Below, in pieces: positions 36,582 through 47,410 of a stretch of DNA of 64,000 nt. The number at the start of each line of letters is the position of its first letter. Within the stretch, counting starts at the first letter, position 1. The stretch covers positions 23,591 through 87,590 of IMG/VR virus record IMGVR_UViG_3300032265_003779; one strand, written 5' to 3'. The stretch is from a virus. A program made the position numbers and the translations under genes. The notes beneath the pieces are model-generated. The model ran no database searches. It saw nothing but the letters and a program-made list of their open reading frames with translations, and was not told the origin of the DNA.

Positions 36582-36887
36582 ATGAATCAAACAGTATTGT
36601 TTATACTAGCTTCTATTGGCATGACTCACATACTAATAGATGGATCTATATTTAGCTCGTTGAGATATTGGATAAAAAATAACCTACCGGAAAAGATTGC
36701 AAAATTATTTGAATGTTATATGTGTTTGGGTTTTTGGTGCGGAATGATTGTTGGATCAGGAATTGTTTCACAAAATCCAATCCAAATTTTTGCATGTGGT
36801 TGTGCAGGTAGTTTGCTTTCACAACTAACAGCAGTAATTCTAAATTTATTAGAAGCGGCGATTATCAAATTAACTTCTACGGAGTGA
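36582..36887 (+). CDS. DUF1360-like membrane protein
   Basis: TM helices, IF..LR, LFECYMCLGFW. Confidence 0.6.
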   Translation: MNQTVLFILASIGMTHILIDGSIFSSLRYWIKNNLPEKIAKLFECYMCLGFWCGMIVGSGIVSQNPIQIFACGCAGSLLSQLTAVILNLLEAAIIKLTSTE

Positions 36888-36890
36888 AAA

Positions 36891-37268
36891 ATGAAACAAC
36901 CAATAAGTTTGACTGATGTAAAACAAGCGTTAAAAGATGATAGGTTTAAAGATAATCTTCCAGAAATTTTTTCAGAAGATATTAAAAAATTTAATGGTAA
37001 TCCAGGATGTGGATGTAATGTAAATTTTTATAAAAGACTTCTAAAAGAAGCAAAACCTCAATTACAAGCATACTTTCCAGATAAAGATGTAATAGATGTT
37101 GATGAACAAATTAAAAAATTATCTCAGAATAATTTTTATGTAATAAATTGCTCTGCAGATGAGCTTGAAGGAAAATTACAGGCTTTACCACCTGGAAGAA
37201 AACAATTAGCTATTGCTAGATATGAAAATCTCGTGACAGTCGTTGTTAATGAACTAGATTTTGTCTAG
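36891..37268 (+). CDS. Hypothetical protein (NPGCGCN motif)
   Basis: SD GGAG; clean ORF. Confidence 0.75.
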   Translation: MKQPISLTDVKQALKDDRFKDNLPEIFSEDIKKFNGNPGCGCNVNFYKRLLKEAKPQLQAYFPDKDVIDVDEQIKKLSQNNFYVINCSADELEGKLQALPPGRKQLAIARYENLVTVVVNELDFV

Positions 37269-38195
37269 TGATTCCTTGCAATTAATTTTCATTTTTTCCG
37301 GATAGTCTTTATATTTTATGATGTCTATTGGCAATTCGTCATCGTTAACTCTTAATTTTCCAAGCATTATGGCATTTTCATAAAAATAAAAAGCTTTTTT
37401 ATATTTTTTTAGTTCAAAATTAATATCTCCCAATAAACACCAAAACTCAGCCATTGTTGGATTTTTCTCTAAACAAAATATAATGTTACTAACCGAATTA
37501 CTAAAATCTTTTTTAATATAAAAGTATATTAAAGCAGAATAATATTTAATCATCAAATAGCTTGGTAAGTCTGTATTCTTCTCAAAGAATAAATATCTTT
37601 TTGATGCTTTTAAAAACTCCTCATATTTTTTATTTTTAATAAAAAAACATGACTCATAATAAAGAGGATAGGATTTTAATTTTTCATTTTCTTTCCATTT
37701 CATTAAAATTTCAAATTCATCTTCTATTTCAACATCTAATATTTGTTTTAAAACTATGCTTGTTTTTATAGATTCGTGATATATGTTTTCATAAATTGGA
37801 TTTTCAAAACTTATATTTAAATTTTTATCAAATAGTCTTATATTTTTAGATAATATACTGTTTTGTAAAAGTAAAACACTATACACGGATTGTTTTTCGC
37901 TAATTAATTTATCTATTTCATTTTTACCATTAATTATTTTTTCGTTAGGCTCTATGAAAAAAATCCAATCATTTTTTGAATATTTAATTAAATTGTTTTT
38001 ATTGTCCTTTTTGTTTTTAGAAACTTGTGGTAGTATTTTATATTTATATCTACGGATTATCTCTAATGTATTGTCATTTGATCCCATATCTGTAAAGATA
38101 ATGTCTGAACATATATCTTTAATAGAATTTATGCACTCATCAAGAGTATCTTGATTATTTTTTGTAACAACACAAATTGATAAATTTTTAATCAT
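37254..38195 (-). CDS. GT2-like glycosyltransferase with TPR domain (degenerate DxD)
   Basis: LSICVVTKN, D.GSNDNT, WIFFIEPNE in place of LDADE; C-terminal TPR AEFWCLLGD. Confidence 0.7.
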   Translation of the reverse strand: MIKNLSICVVTKNNQDTLDECINSIKDICSDIIFTDMGSNDNTLEIIRRYKYKILPQVSKNKKDNKNNLIKYSKNDWIFFIEPNEKIINGKNEIDKLISEKQSVYSVLLLQNSILSKNIRLFDKNLNISFENPIYENIYHESIKTSIVLKQILDVEIEDEFEILMKWKENEKLKSYPLYYESCFFIKNKKYEEFLKASKRYLFFEKNTDLPSYLMIKYYSALIYFYIKKDFSNSVSNIIFCLEKNPTMAEFWCLLGDINFELKKYKKAFYFYENAIMLGKLRVNDDELPIDIIKYKDYPEKMKINCKESLDKI

Positions 38196-38343
38196 TTTCT
38201 AAAGTTTTTATCAAAAGTTCTATGACTTTGGCGAAATTTTCTTTATTTTTACTTTTATAATACTGTATTAGATCTTTGTAGTACTTAATACATCTAGGAT
38301 CTTCGATTATTTTATAGAATATATTATAATAATTTTGGTCCAT
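38188..38343 (-). CDS. 51-aa hypothetical protein (not in the track)
   Basis: MDQNYYNIFYKIIEDPRC...; overlaps the start of the GT2 gene. Confidence 0.5.
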   Translation of the reverse strand: MDQNYYNIFYKIIEDPRCIKYYKDLIQYYKSKNKENFAKVIELLIKTLEND

Positions 38344-38380
38344 AATTTAATAGAATATATTCTTTCTAAAAAGGAGAAGA

Positions 38381-38884
38381 ATGGCATCTGAATATTTGAA
38401 CAATAAGAATTTAGAACGAGTTATTATATCTTTTCAAAAGATTAAAAGACATAAAAAAATGCATGAATATTTAATAAAGAATATAAATGAGCAAAGTCCA
38501 AAAGAAAAAGAGCCAGAATCTTGGACATACATCAAAGAACAGAGTAAAAAAAACATACTTGATTACGAAGATACTCAAAAAGACTTGGCAAAAGCATTTT
38601 ATACATTATCAGAAAATATTGTTAGATATGCAAAATTTAATTTAATAGATCCAGATGATAGTGTTCAAGAAGGAGTTTTAATTTGTTTTGAAAAATTAGA
38701 TAGATTTGATCCAAGATTTGGAAAAGCTTTTAACTACATGACTACTTGTATATTAAATCATTTTAAACAATTGTATAGATCTGCAAGAAATTATACAGAA
38801 CTTAAGAAAAAGTATCAGGAACATGTATCTAAAGAGATTCAGAGTGAAATAAATTATTCAAAAAATAATAAATTTAAAGATTAG
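38381..38884 (+). CDS. gp55: Late sigma factor (T4 gp55-like, region 2 only)
   Basis: YLNNK, DDSVQEG..C......FDP..KAFNYMT.C..N.F. Confidence 0.8.
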   Translation: MASEYLNNKNLERVIISFQKIKRHKKMHEYLIKNINEQSPKEKEPESWTYIKEQSKKNILDYEDTQKDLAKAFYTLSENIVRYAKFNLIDPDDSVQEGVLICFEKLDRFDPRFGKAFNYMTTCILNHFKQLYRSARNYTELKKKYQEHVSKEIQSEINYSKNNKFKD

Positions 38885-39345
38885 GTTTTTGGACCTCGTT
38901 TTAAACTGACTGGCTTTAATTTATCTTGATATCTATCTGGTTGGTCCTTTAAGTCCTGTAGCAGCTTATAAGCCTCTTTGCTTATTTCGCTTGCTGTTTT
39001 GCCGCTACAGCTTTCTGTTTTTATTACAGAAACAGCTTTATTGCTTTTATTATAAAAACCTCTGGATATTACGAAACATTTATTTTTAAAATCCCAACTT
39101 ACAATAGCAACCCATTCTCCATCATCCCAATTTCTAGTGGCTATTATCAGCCTATAAGGCTGTTCTGAGTATACATGTTTTGTGTGAAAACCATAATTTT
39201 TCATTGCAGCACTAACAAAGCCCAACGCTATCTTAGAGTATGCATCTAAGACTTCGTTGGGTTCTGTTCTGTAGTTTATAGATATGCTATATCTGGATAA
39301 ATCTACACTTTCTTCTAGTTTCCAATCATTAAATGATTTCATCAT
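38881..39345 (-). CDS. Hypothetical protein with N-terminal tag (MKSFNDWKLEE)
   Basis: Coupled to gp13. Confidence 0.8.
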   Translation of the reverse strand: MMKSFNDWKLEESVDLSRYSISINYRTEPNEVLDAYSKIALGFVSAAMKNYGFHTKHVYSEQPYRLIIATRNWDDGEWVAIVSWDFKNKCFVISRGFYNKSNKAVSVIKTESCSGKTASEISKEAYKLLQDLKDQPDRYQDKLKPVSLKRGPKT

Positions 39346-40211
39346 TATCCTAATATAATTTGTGGCAAATCACCAAACCTAGTTATTAATCTTTCTTCCC
39401 AATCTTTTTTATCTTGTATTCCTTCTTGCAATATTTGCTGTCCGTCTAATTGAACTCCACCGTTTGGTCCGGGTGGATTGGTTATTTTTGACCTTATTCT
39501 TCCTAACATTATTTTTGCAAAAGACAAAGCACCTTCTTGCATGGCTTGTGTAACTTCCTTGAAATCTGGTCTTTTTTGTAGGTAATGAACAGCAACAAGA
39601 TGGGTTTTATAAGGAACTGGGTATAATTTTATACTTCCGTATCCTCCTATCCATTCCCATCCTCCTTGTTGGCTTGACATTCTATTATATGTATCTTCGT
39701 ATTGCTTATACAACATCCATTCATTCATTTTGCCCCAAACTGGCGTTTGTGGGTTTATGCCTCCAGCAATACTGCCATAGGCTCCTGCTCCCATATATTC
39801 AAGAGGTATTACTCCTCCTAAATCGGATGCACTAAACGCGTATTGGGCTGTTTGTTTGTATGCTACCTCTCTTATCATCCCTATGTCGCAAGGCATCTCA
39901 TATATTGTTTGACCAGGAACAGTATTAAAAACATACCATTGGTAGTATTCTCTTGGTGCATAATCTTCAAATATTTGTAAAGCAAAATCAATAGCCCCAT
40001 CTAATTGCTGCTCGTCTAGCTCTATTGATACTACTGGGGCTCCCAACATTAGGAGAACATAGTCTTTTATCTGATCTCTAACTTTTTCTCGGTTTTTTCT
40101 TGGTGCTATTTTGCACAAAGGTTCAGTAGGTCCAAGCAACTGTCCGCATGGTGTGCCACTTTGACAATTTGCATTTTGTGATGGTCTCGGTATTTCTAAA
40201 ATATTAGCCAT
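39345..40211 (-). CDS. gp13: Neck protein (T4 gp13-like)
   Basis: DYVLLMLGAPVVSIELDEQQ...A; LGRIRSK...GGVQLDG. Confidence 0.85.
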   Translation of the reverse strand: MANILEIPRPSQNANCQSGTPCGQLLGPTEPLCKIAPRKNREKVRDQIKDYVLLMLGAPVVSIELDEQQLDGAIDFALQIFEDYAPREYYQWYVFNTVPGQTIYEMPCDIGMIREVAYKQTAQYAFSASDLGGVIPLEYMGAGAYGSIAGGINPQTPVWGKMNEWMLYKQYEDTYNRMSSQQGGWEWIGGYGSIKLYPVPYKTHLVAVHYLQKRPDFKEVTQAMQEGALSFAKIMLGRIRSKITNPPGPNGGVQLDGQQILQEGIQDKKDWEERLITRFGDLPQIILG

Positions 40212-40246
40212 ATATTATATATATAAAATACAAGGATAAATTCAAA

Positions 40247-43200
40247 ATGTATAACTTCAAAGAATTTTTTAATAAAAACTGCACTTTTAAAATGTTGTTA
40301 GAGGCATATCGTGGATGGCATTCAGAAAAACCAATTCTTTATGATTACGAAGATTTAGATTTCTTATATCAAATAGATCAAAAATATTGGGAAGATGCAT
40401 TAAAAGCAAGATATATGAAAACATGGGAGCTTCTTAAAAACAGAGAAAATATAAGAAATAAAATAATCAAAGAAATGATAGATGCTTCTAAGGCGAGTGG
40501 TTTTTTGAAAGTAGTAAAAACTCCTGCTAAAAATGTTATGGGCTTTAAAAAGTCTACAAAGTTCAATGTTGATGAAAACAATGTTAATGAATTTAAAGAA
40601 TTTTTGTTAAAAATAAGCAATAGGTATGACTCTTACGGAAAAGAAGTTGGCTCTGTGAATGAGAAAGAGGCTTCTGAAAGAAAACGTTGGATTGATGATT
40701 TTTTTGAAAGATATGATATAGAAACTATCACGCCTGGTGGTAGCAAAGATAATTACAAAACTATAAGGAACTTGATATTTGATATTATCAAAAGAATAGT
40801 AATATATGTAAAAGGCGGAGATGAAGAAAAGTATCTTGCAGGTGGTAGTATTAATATAAAATTCTATATTAATAGATTAATACAAAAATTAGAAACTACA
40901 GAGGGTGAGGCACATTATCTAAAAACAAAACTTGTGAATTTGAGTAAAATTTACAAGAAAGATATGTATTTTGAACCACAAGGAAAATATGGATTTGACC
41001 TATCGCTTCCTCGTAGAAAAACAATAATAACAAATAATGAAGAAGGAAAACCAGAAAAAGAAACCACATATGGTTTTGACAGCAGCGGATTTTATTTTCC
41101 TAAAAGCACTGGGATAAGAGACTCGTTATCTAGACTTATGTCTTTAAATTATCAAAGACATCTTCCAAACGAGACTGGCTCTGGGGATCTGCCGTCTGAT
41201 AGTCCTGAGAAAATGCATGATGTAACGTATAAAATAGTAAGATCTAAGATGGGAAAAGTAAAAAGATATAAAGATACTTTTATTTTTGATGTATTTCAAA
41301 AAAAGTTTGCCAATCAAATAGCAAAATTTGTATCAAATAATTCTGATATTAACTGGTATGATGATAAAGTAAAAGAGATGCTTGAAGGAAGTTTGGACTC
41401 AGAAAAAGAGATGGAAGAAATTAATAGTGGAGTATGGTTAGTTAAAAGTATTTTAAATAACCCTAATGCTGGAGTAGAAAAAGCTAACGAGATATCCAAG
41501 CAACTTAAAAAAATATTTCATGGAACAGTTTATGGTGCTGATAAAAAACTGTATGATAGAGAAGTAATTGATTATACAAAAAAAGAAGATAATAAAATAG
41601 GTCCAGCAACACTTAGAAACATTACCAAATTTGAAAATATAAAAAAAATAAGAAAATTAAAAGATATGTTTTCTGAGTATTTCGCCACATTAAGAGCTAC
41701 AGATACTCTAGAAAAAATAAAATTGTCTGGTCCAAAAATATTATCTACCATGGAAACTGGAGATGCTGAAAAAGATGCTGAAATTATAAGAAAAGAACTT
41801 ACTTTGCTGGATTCTAGGGACAAAGATGAGCTAAAAACCATTCTTGGAGAAGAAGATTGGAAAAAATTTATAAAAACTGGAAGATTACCCTATAAAATAG
41901 ATAAAGATACAAAAGAAATTTTAGTAGGAGGAGAACATCCTCCTATAGTGCTTCCACACGTAACTGTTAAGGATGAGAATGGAGTCCACTCCTTTCCTCT
42001 ACTAAATCCCGGATCTTTTGTAATGCCACTAAAAATGTTGACTTCTGAGGAACTAGAGGATATAGATCGAACAAAGAGAGAAATCCAAGATAACATCAAC
42101 TCTTATAGTGAGTTGAAGAACATAAATTTAGATGATGATGAAGAGTTGGAATCTTTGTTGAATTCAATAGAAAAACAACCTAAATATAAAAATCTTGATA
42201 ATAAAGATTTTAAACAAAAATTAAATAAATTAATAAAAATAATAAAGAGTCAAAAAGAAGCAGAAAATAGAAAAATAACAACTTCTAGAAGTAGTAGTGT
42301 TTTGGGAGAAAAAGGAGAAGCCACGCCTATTATTCAGTATCACAAAGCTGACCGATATGCCAGAGAAAGAGGATCAATAGTTCCAGGGCATAGACCAAGA
42401 TCAGCCATGTCTATGCCTAGCTCTCCTCAAGAAATAAAAACAATGATAGGATATTATAAAATATTTTCATCAACTCAAAGGGAAAATCAACCAACAACTA
42501 TCGTTAATCCGAGAGGAGGAACGCTGATAGATGGCGGCACTTGGAAAACAATAAATAAAATATTTGAAAAAAATCCAGAAAAAAAACCAGATAAAGAAAC
42601 AGTAAATCCCATGAGATTTTATGTATATGATATCTTTAATAAAGCTGAAAGGGATTTGGAAGGCAACAAACAGTTAGAATCCGTTAATTTAAATAATTTT
42701 ATATTAATAAAAGAATTTAAAATCAATGAAGCGAAAGAAGCATATTATGAAATAGAAAAATCAAAAGATGATAGTGGCGGGGCACGAGATCAAATAGAAG
42801 GATGGGATGATATTGTAGAAGGAATGAAGTTATTTCTACTGAGAAAAATGTATGGTGGAAATGAATTAGATTCAGGCGTTAAAGAAAAATATTTAAAGCC
42901 TCGAAAGTTTCAAGATATACATGATGAAATTGCTGCTGAATTTGTTAAGGAGGCATCAAGCCCAACACTGTGGTCGCCGGAAGCCAGAAGAATTGCTGCT
43001 GCTGGAATTATTGGAAAGATAGCACAAAAAGAAACAGGATTCAGAGATGTTAAAGATGATGATGATGATGATGAGATAAAACAAGTGGCTAGAAAAAGAA
43101 GAACGGGACAAGGTGCTGAAAAAACTGAAAAATCTAGCTCTAGATTGGATATTAGTCCTTTAAATTCTAGTAGTTCTGGGGGCAAGGATGTATTAAAACT

Positions 43201-44266
43201 AATCTTCATAGATATGAAGAACCCATTTATAAGACGTGCGCAAGATGGATCTAAAGTTGCATTGTTGAGATTTGGATGGAGAGCAAATCCTTCAGAAGCA
43301 ATAGAGCAAGAAGATAGTATTGAAAATCATATTTATAAATATTCTAAATTATTAGAATCTGCAAATACTCTTTTGTCAGGATCAGATAAAACAAACAAGA
43401 TTGTTTTTGATAAAATTATAGATAATATTGAAAATGAAAAAAATAATCTACTTTCATTTTGGGACGATTTTTATAATCTAGCTCTAAATAAGTTTAATGA
43501 TTCAACCAAAGATAAATCTACCGATAGCTATAAAACAATTCTAGATTATTTTAGTGAATCCGATGAAATAACTCGTAAAAAAGTATCTAGTCTATATGAC
43601 AGCGTAACACAAAAGATGTTAGCAAAAGAAGATGTAATTGTAACTTCTATATCTTTTGATACAAACGAATCTATTAATAATATAGTGTCAACAAAAATAG
43701 AAGATTTAAAAATAATATTCAATCAAATAAACGATATTATAAAAGAAGATCCAGAAGTAAAAATTACTTCAACACCTTTTACTGCAAAGGGCAGAGGTCC
43801 TGGGGTGAGTAAAGATGAGACTGATGATGAGTACAAAGAAAGAAGAAGACTTTGGTTTCAAAAAATTGGTTATATAGCACCTATAGTTCCTGTTAAGATG
43901 AATGCAATGGAGAAGCCAATAGTTTATTGGGCTAGATTAGTAAAAGAATTATTTGTGTATCTTAATCATCACACGAATAAAAATCACATAGAAAGTGATA
44001 TTGATACTCGTCTAACGATTCAAAAATTTATTGCAATAAAACTGGGTGGTATATCTAGATTATCTAGAGATCTTAAGTATCCTGTACATTCATTCTTTGA
44101 CAGAATAGATAAAAATATAAAAGAACTTAGTGAAATTTTCAATAAAAATAAGGATAAATTAAGTCTTTCTATAGGAGAAAAAGAGTCTATAATAAAAACT
44201 ATAGGAATGTTTTCTGGGTCTATACCTAATTTGAAAGGCACATTGTTTAAGAGTCTACAGAAGTGA
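40247..44266 (+). CDS. 1339-aa hypothetical protein with N-terminal tag
   Basis: Long ORF with SD AAGGA; MYNFKEFF...FKMLLE. Confidence 0.85.
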   Translation: MYNFKEFFNKNCTFKMLLEAYRGWHSEKPILYDYEDLDFLYQIDQKYWEDALKARYMKTWELLKNRENIRNKIIKEMIDASKASGFLKVVKTPAKNVMGFKKSTKFNVDENNVNEFKEFLLKISNRYDSYGKEVGSVNEKEASERKRWIDDFFERYDIETITPGGSKDNYKTIRNLIFDIIKRIVIYVKGGDEEKYLAGGSINIKFYINRLIQKLETTEGEAHYLKTKLVNLSKIYKKDMYFEPQGKYGFDLSLPRRKTIITNNEEGKPEKETTYGFDSSGFYFPKSTGIRDSLSRLMSLNYQRHLPNETGSGDLPSDSPEKMHDVTYKIVRSKMGKVKRYKDTFIFDVFQKKFANQIAKFVSNNSDINWYDDKVKEMLEGSLDSEKEMEEINSGVWLVKSILNNPNAGVEKANEISKQLKKIFHGTVYGADKKLYDREVIDYTKKEDNKIGPATLRNITKFENIKKIRKLKDMFSEYFATLRATDTLEKIKLSGPKILSTMETGDAEKDAEIIRKELTLLDSRDKDELKTILGEEDWKKFIKTGRLPYKIDKDTKEILVGGEHPPIVLPHVTVKDENGVHSFPLLNPGSFVMPLKMLTSEELEDIDRTKREIQDNINSYSELKNINLDDDEELESLLNSIEKQPKYKNLDNKDFKQKLNKLIKIIKSQKEAENRKITTSRSSSVLGEKGEATPIIQYHKADRYARERGSIVPGHRPRSAMSMPSSPQEIKTMIGYYKIFSSTQRENQPTTIVNPRGGTLIDGGTWKTINKIFEKNPEKKPDKETVNPMRFYVYDIFNKAERDLEGNKQLESVNLNNFILIKEFKINEAKEAYYEIEKSKDDSGGARDQIEGWDDIVEGMKLFLLRKMYGGNELDSGVKEKYLKPRKFQDIHDEIAAEFVKEASSPTLWSPEARRIAAAGIIGKIAQKETGFRDVKDDDDDDEIKQVARKRRTGQGAEKTEKSSSRLDISPLNSSSSGGKDVLKLIFIDMKNPFIRRAQDGSKVALLRFGWRANPSEAIEQEDSIENHIYKYSKLLESANTLLSGSDKTNKIVFDKIIDNIENEKNNLLSFWDDFYNLALNKFNDSTKDKSTDSYKTILDYFSESDEITRKKVSSLYDSVTQKMLAKEDVIVTSISFDTNESINNIVSTKIEDLKIIFNQINDIIKEDPEVKITSTPFTAKGRGPGVSKDETDDEYKERRRLWFQKIGYIAPIVPVKMNAMEKPIVYWARLVKELFVYLNHHTNKNHIESDIDTRLTIQKFIAIKLGGISRLSRDLKYPVHSFFDRIDKNIKELSEIFNKNKDKLSLSIGEKESIIKTIGMFSGSIPNLKGTLFKSLQK

Positions 44267-44270
44267 ATTT

Positions 44271-44540
44271 ATGGATTTTTTACAAAATCACAGAAACCAT
44301 TATATTAAAAAAAATATATTTGAAATATTAAAAGAGAGATTTAGTAGAAATGAAAATCTACTTGATCGGATGCTTCATTATATAATAATAACAGAAAAAG
44401 ATATTAAAGATTTAAATCAATTTGTAGCCGATATTTATGAAGTTGCATATCTTAGGTGTGTAGAAGATCATAAAAAAAAGTTTGAAGAATTGGGGTATCA
44501 AGTTAAAGTAACAGCAGATCATTCAAAGGACGGAGTATAG
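44271..44540 (+). CDS. Hypothetical protein
   Basis: Coupled ORF. Confidence 0.7.
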   Translation: MDFLQNHRNHYIKKNIFEILKERFSRNENLLDRMLHYIIITEKDIKDLNQFVADIYEVAYLRCVEDHKKKFEELGYQVKVTADHSKDGV

Positions 44541-45073
44541 TCAGAAGTTGATCCTAGGTAATAGTAGCCCGAAGGAGCAGATGAAACTTCTATTATTTTC
44601 CACCATCTTTTATCTTTGTTTCTAGGATAAAGAATAGATTTTTCAGTCAATTGATCTTTACACCAAATTTTTATATATAGATCATCTTTGTCTAAGATTA
44701 TTATCTCTATTGTAAACTTTTCCAAATATTCCGTTCTTCTAAAAGACTCATCATATAAATCATCTTTTTTTTCAGTAGTTTTTGCCGGCAGACAGAAGCA
44801 AGGAATTGGATTATATTTTTTGATATTTTCACTTTTGATTATTTTTTCTGCGAGTTGTTTAATAACTTTTTGCTCTTGCTCTTTTTCTTCTTGTTTTTCC
44901 TCAGGTTTGACTTCTTGATCTTTAATTACATTGATAAATGTTTCATCTTTAACAACTTCTGGTAGCCAGTCAAAATTATACTTTTTATAATCTTTCCATA
45001 AATATTGATTATTCATTAAAGGGTTTGGTCCTGATATTTTGTAAAAACTGCCATCTTTCTTTTTTATTACCAT
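44519..45073 (-). CDS. Hypothetical protein, possible divergent neck/head-closure paralog
   Basis: N-terminus IKKKDGSFYKISG resembles gp14-like IKKSDGTPFCVSG; start reassigned to ATG 45073. Confidence 0.55.
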   Translation of the reverse strand: MVIKKKDGSFYKISGPNPLMNNQYLWKDYKKYNFDWLPEVVKDETFINVIKDQEVKPEEKQEEKEQEQKVIKQLAEKIIKSENIKKYNPIPCFCLPAKTTEKKDDLYDESFRRTEYLEKFTIEIIILDKDDLYIKIWCKDQLTEKSILYPRNKDKRWWKIIEVSSAPSGYYYLGSTSDYTPSFE

Positions 45074-45113
45074 AATCAATATATATTAGTGTAAATTATA
45101 TTGAAAGAGAAAT

Positions 45114-45521
45114 ATGGCAATTGTAATACCGACAATATCAAATAGATTGTTTTTAGAACTTATTTTTAGAAAAAAGATAGCTTCTGCTACCCAAAAATTA
45201 AAACTTTTTAAAAATGATTACATTCCAACAAAAAACTCTATTTTAACTCATTTAGAAGAAGCCGATTTTGGTGGATATCACGAAATCACTTTATCAAACT
45301 CAGACTGGATAGTGGATACTTTGTCTGGGGTGACATCTGCAAGTTGTCCCGAACAAGTGTTCGTGATAGAAGAACTTGCTGTAATTTATGGTTATTATGT
45401 TACCGTAGAAATAGATTCAGTAGAATACTTATATTGGCTTGAAAGATTTTCTGATGGTCCTTATGAACTTCCCCCTGATGGTGGCAGTGTTGCTATAACG
45501 GCAAATCTTGGAGTATTTTAA
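45114..45521 (+). CDS. Putative virion structural protein
   Basis: LKLFKND...EA.F.GY...YGYYV...ERF. Confidence 0.65.
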   Translation: MAIVIPTISNRLFLELIFRKKIASATQKLKLFKNDYIPTKNSILTHLEEADFGGYHEITLSNSDWIVDTLSGVTSASCPEQVFVIEELAVIYGYYVTVEIDSVEYLYWLERFSDGPYELPPDGGSVAITANLGVF

Positions 45522-45550
45522 AAGATTAAAAAAGATTAATATATAATAGT

Positions 45551-46084
45551 ATGATAAAAAAATCTGATGGAACTCCTTTTTGTGTGTCAGGAAGCTATCA
45601 ATTATTTGATCCCTCAGATCCTCAATTCACTCTTTATGATAGTTGGGATCAAGAGGCAATTCAAAGAGGTGGAATTCCAATATTTTATTATGAAGTTTTT
45701 ATTCAATCGGCTACAGTTGATCCACTTTATCTTGAAGACAGAGGCAAGATATTTTCCCAAACACCGGTACAACTTTGGGGATATTATGAGCCAGCGGCTA
45801 GTCAGAACTACGTAAATCAGTTTGGAATAGATGCTCCAGATGAGCAAATTTTTGAAATGAATTACAAGGCAGTCTTGAAGGCAATTGGACACGCTCCCAA
45901 AATAGGGTCCAGATTGTATACTCCTCACTTACAAGAAAATTGGGTTATTATTCAAAGAAATCTTGCAGAATTTAAACAGTGGGGAGTTCTTCATATTCAA
46001 TTAGTATCACAGAAGTTTCAAGAAAGTGTTACTACAAACGAAGGAAAAATTCCTCAACCAAAACAAGATTTTAAGATTATTTAA
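45551..46084 (+). CDS. gp14: Neck/head-closure protein (T4 gp14-like)
   Basis: EAI..GG..IFY, DPLYLEDR.K.F, QFGID, PKIG..LY.P. Confidence 0.7.
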   Translation: MIKKSDGTPFCVSGSYQLFDPSDPQFTLYDSWDQEAIQRGGIPIFYYEVFIQSATVDPLYLEDRGKIFSQTPVQLWGYYEPAASQNYVNQFGIDAPDEQIFEMNYKAVLKAIGHAPKIGSRLYTPHLQENWVIIQRNLAEFKQWGVLHIQLVSQKFQESVTTNEGKIPQPKQDFKII

Positions 46085-46254
46085 TCTTATTTTTAATAAG
46101 AACAAAAGGAAATTTTGGTTTTTTAAATAAAGTGGGCTCAAATATTACCACTTCCACTTTTCTTTTACATGTGTTTTTTTCTATTTTTATTAATTTCATA
46201 TTGTATTTATCCATTTTTCTCCACTTTAATTTAAGGTTACTCATATATAATATT

Positions 46255-47202
46255 ATGGAAAATCATCCTGAAAAAAGCCTTGTAGATTGTAATTCAAAAG
46301 GATTTAATTTTCAAGAAAATAAAACAACGCCAGAAGGTTGTAGCCCGTCGCCTGATAGTCTTGATTTTTTAGAGGATAGTTTTAGAAACGAAAAAACTAA
46401 TCTTGGGAAAGGTAATCTTGGCGACCCTATGCAAACGGGTCACATTTTAAATGATGGAACAAACTTTAACACAATATACAGATATAGTAAAGCTTTAAGA
46501 GGAACAGATGAAGCTGTTATGGATCTATTCAAAGATATAGTTGTTCTAGATGAAGACGGTAAGGCACATAGAGTTCCTATAATTTGGGGATCACAAGAAA
46601 AAGCAGTAGCTGCTATAGTTCAAGATAATGTAAGAAAAGATAACTCATTAGTTGTTGACAGAATTAGACTTCCTATATTAGCAATTAACAGCCAAGACTA
46701 TCAATTTAATCAAGGCAGATATGTTTATCACAAAGCTTTAGATTATGCAAGAGATTTAAGATCGGATAAAAAACCAGGAAGAACAATCAAAGAAAAGCAT
46801 GAAAGAGACACCATACTCGGTATGGCAAAAGGAATACCAATAGATATAAGTTATTCTCTATACGCTTGGACCATGTATATAGAAGATATGAACCAAATAT
46901 TAGAGCAAATAATTTTAAAATTTAGCCCTTTTGCATATATAAAGGTTAGAGGTGTTGTTTGGGAAATTCAAGTAAAGTTAGATTCAATTGCTAACAACCT
47001 TGAAATAGAACCGGGCAACCAAGCGATCAGAGTTGTTAAGTTTCAATTCAACTTAACTGCCGAGTCATTTATACCTCAGCCAATTGTAAGAAAAAAATCA
47101 ATTCTAACAACAAGAATAGAATTGACAGAAGGATTAAAAGAAGAAGATATAAAAGAGATAATAAACAGAATAGAAGAAACGGTTAAGGAGAATAAGTGTT
47201 AG
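46255..47202 (+). CDS. gp15: Tail terminator / sheath stabilizer (T4 gp15-like)
   Basis: F.DI.V...VPIIWG.QEK, LP, PIDISYSL, DMNQILEQI..F.P; start reassigned to MENHPE. Confidence 0.8.
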   Translation: MENHPEKSLVDCNSKGFNFQENKTTPEGCSPSPDSLDFLEDSFRNEKTNLGKGNLGDPMQTGHILNDGTNFNTIYRYSKALRGTDEAVMDLFKDIVVLDEDGKAHRVPIIWGSQEKAVAAIVQDNVRKDNSLVVDRIRLPILAINSQDYQFNQGRYVYHKALDYARDLRSDKKPGRTIKEKHERDTILGMAKGIPIDISYSLYAWTMYIEDMNQILEQIILKFSPFAYIKVRGVVWEIQVKLDSIANNLEIEPGNQAIRVVKFQFNLTAESFIPQPIVRKKSILTTRIELTEGLKEEDIKEIINRIEETVKENKC

Positions 47203-47408
47203 AAATAACAAATAGAAAAAAATTTCCCATGCAACTAGTTGTTAAGGCACGGAAGGCACCCGGTTCGTTTACAGTTTTAAACATACCCGGAATTGGTTCA
47301 GGAAAAAATATTTTCTTGCTCGAAGAAGAGAGGTCAACTGACTATATACTTAGGGCAGAGAAACAAGGATTTATCACTACAAAAATTTTAGATATAAAGG
47401 GAGCATAA
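47196..47408 (+). CDS. Small hypothetical protein preceding the sheath
   Basis: SD AAGGAG with GTG start. Confidence 0.7.
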   Translation: MLEITNRKKFPMQLVVKARKAPGSFTVLNIPGIGSGKNIFLLEEERSTDYILRAEKQGFITTKILDIKGA

Positions 47409-47410
47409 AA

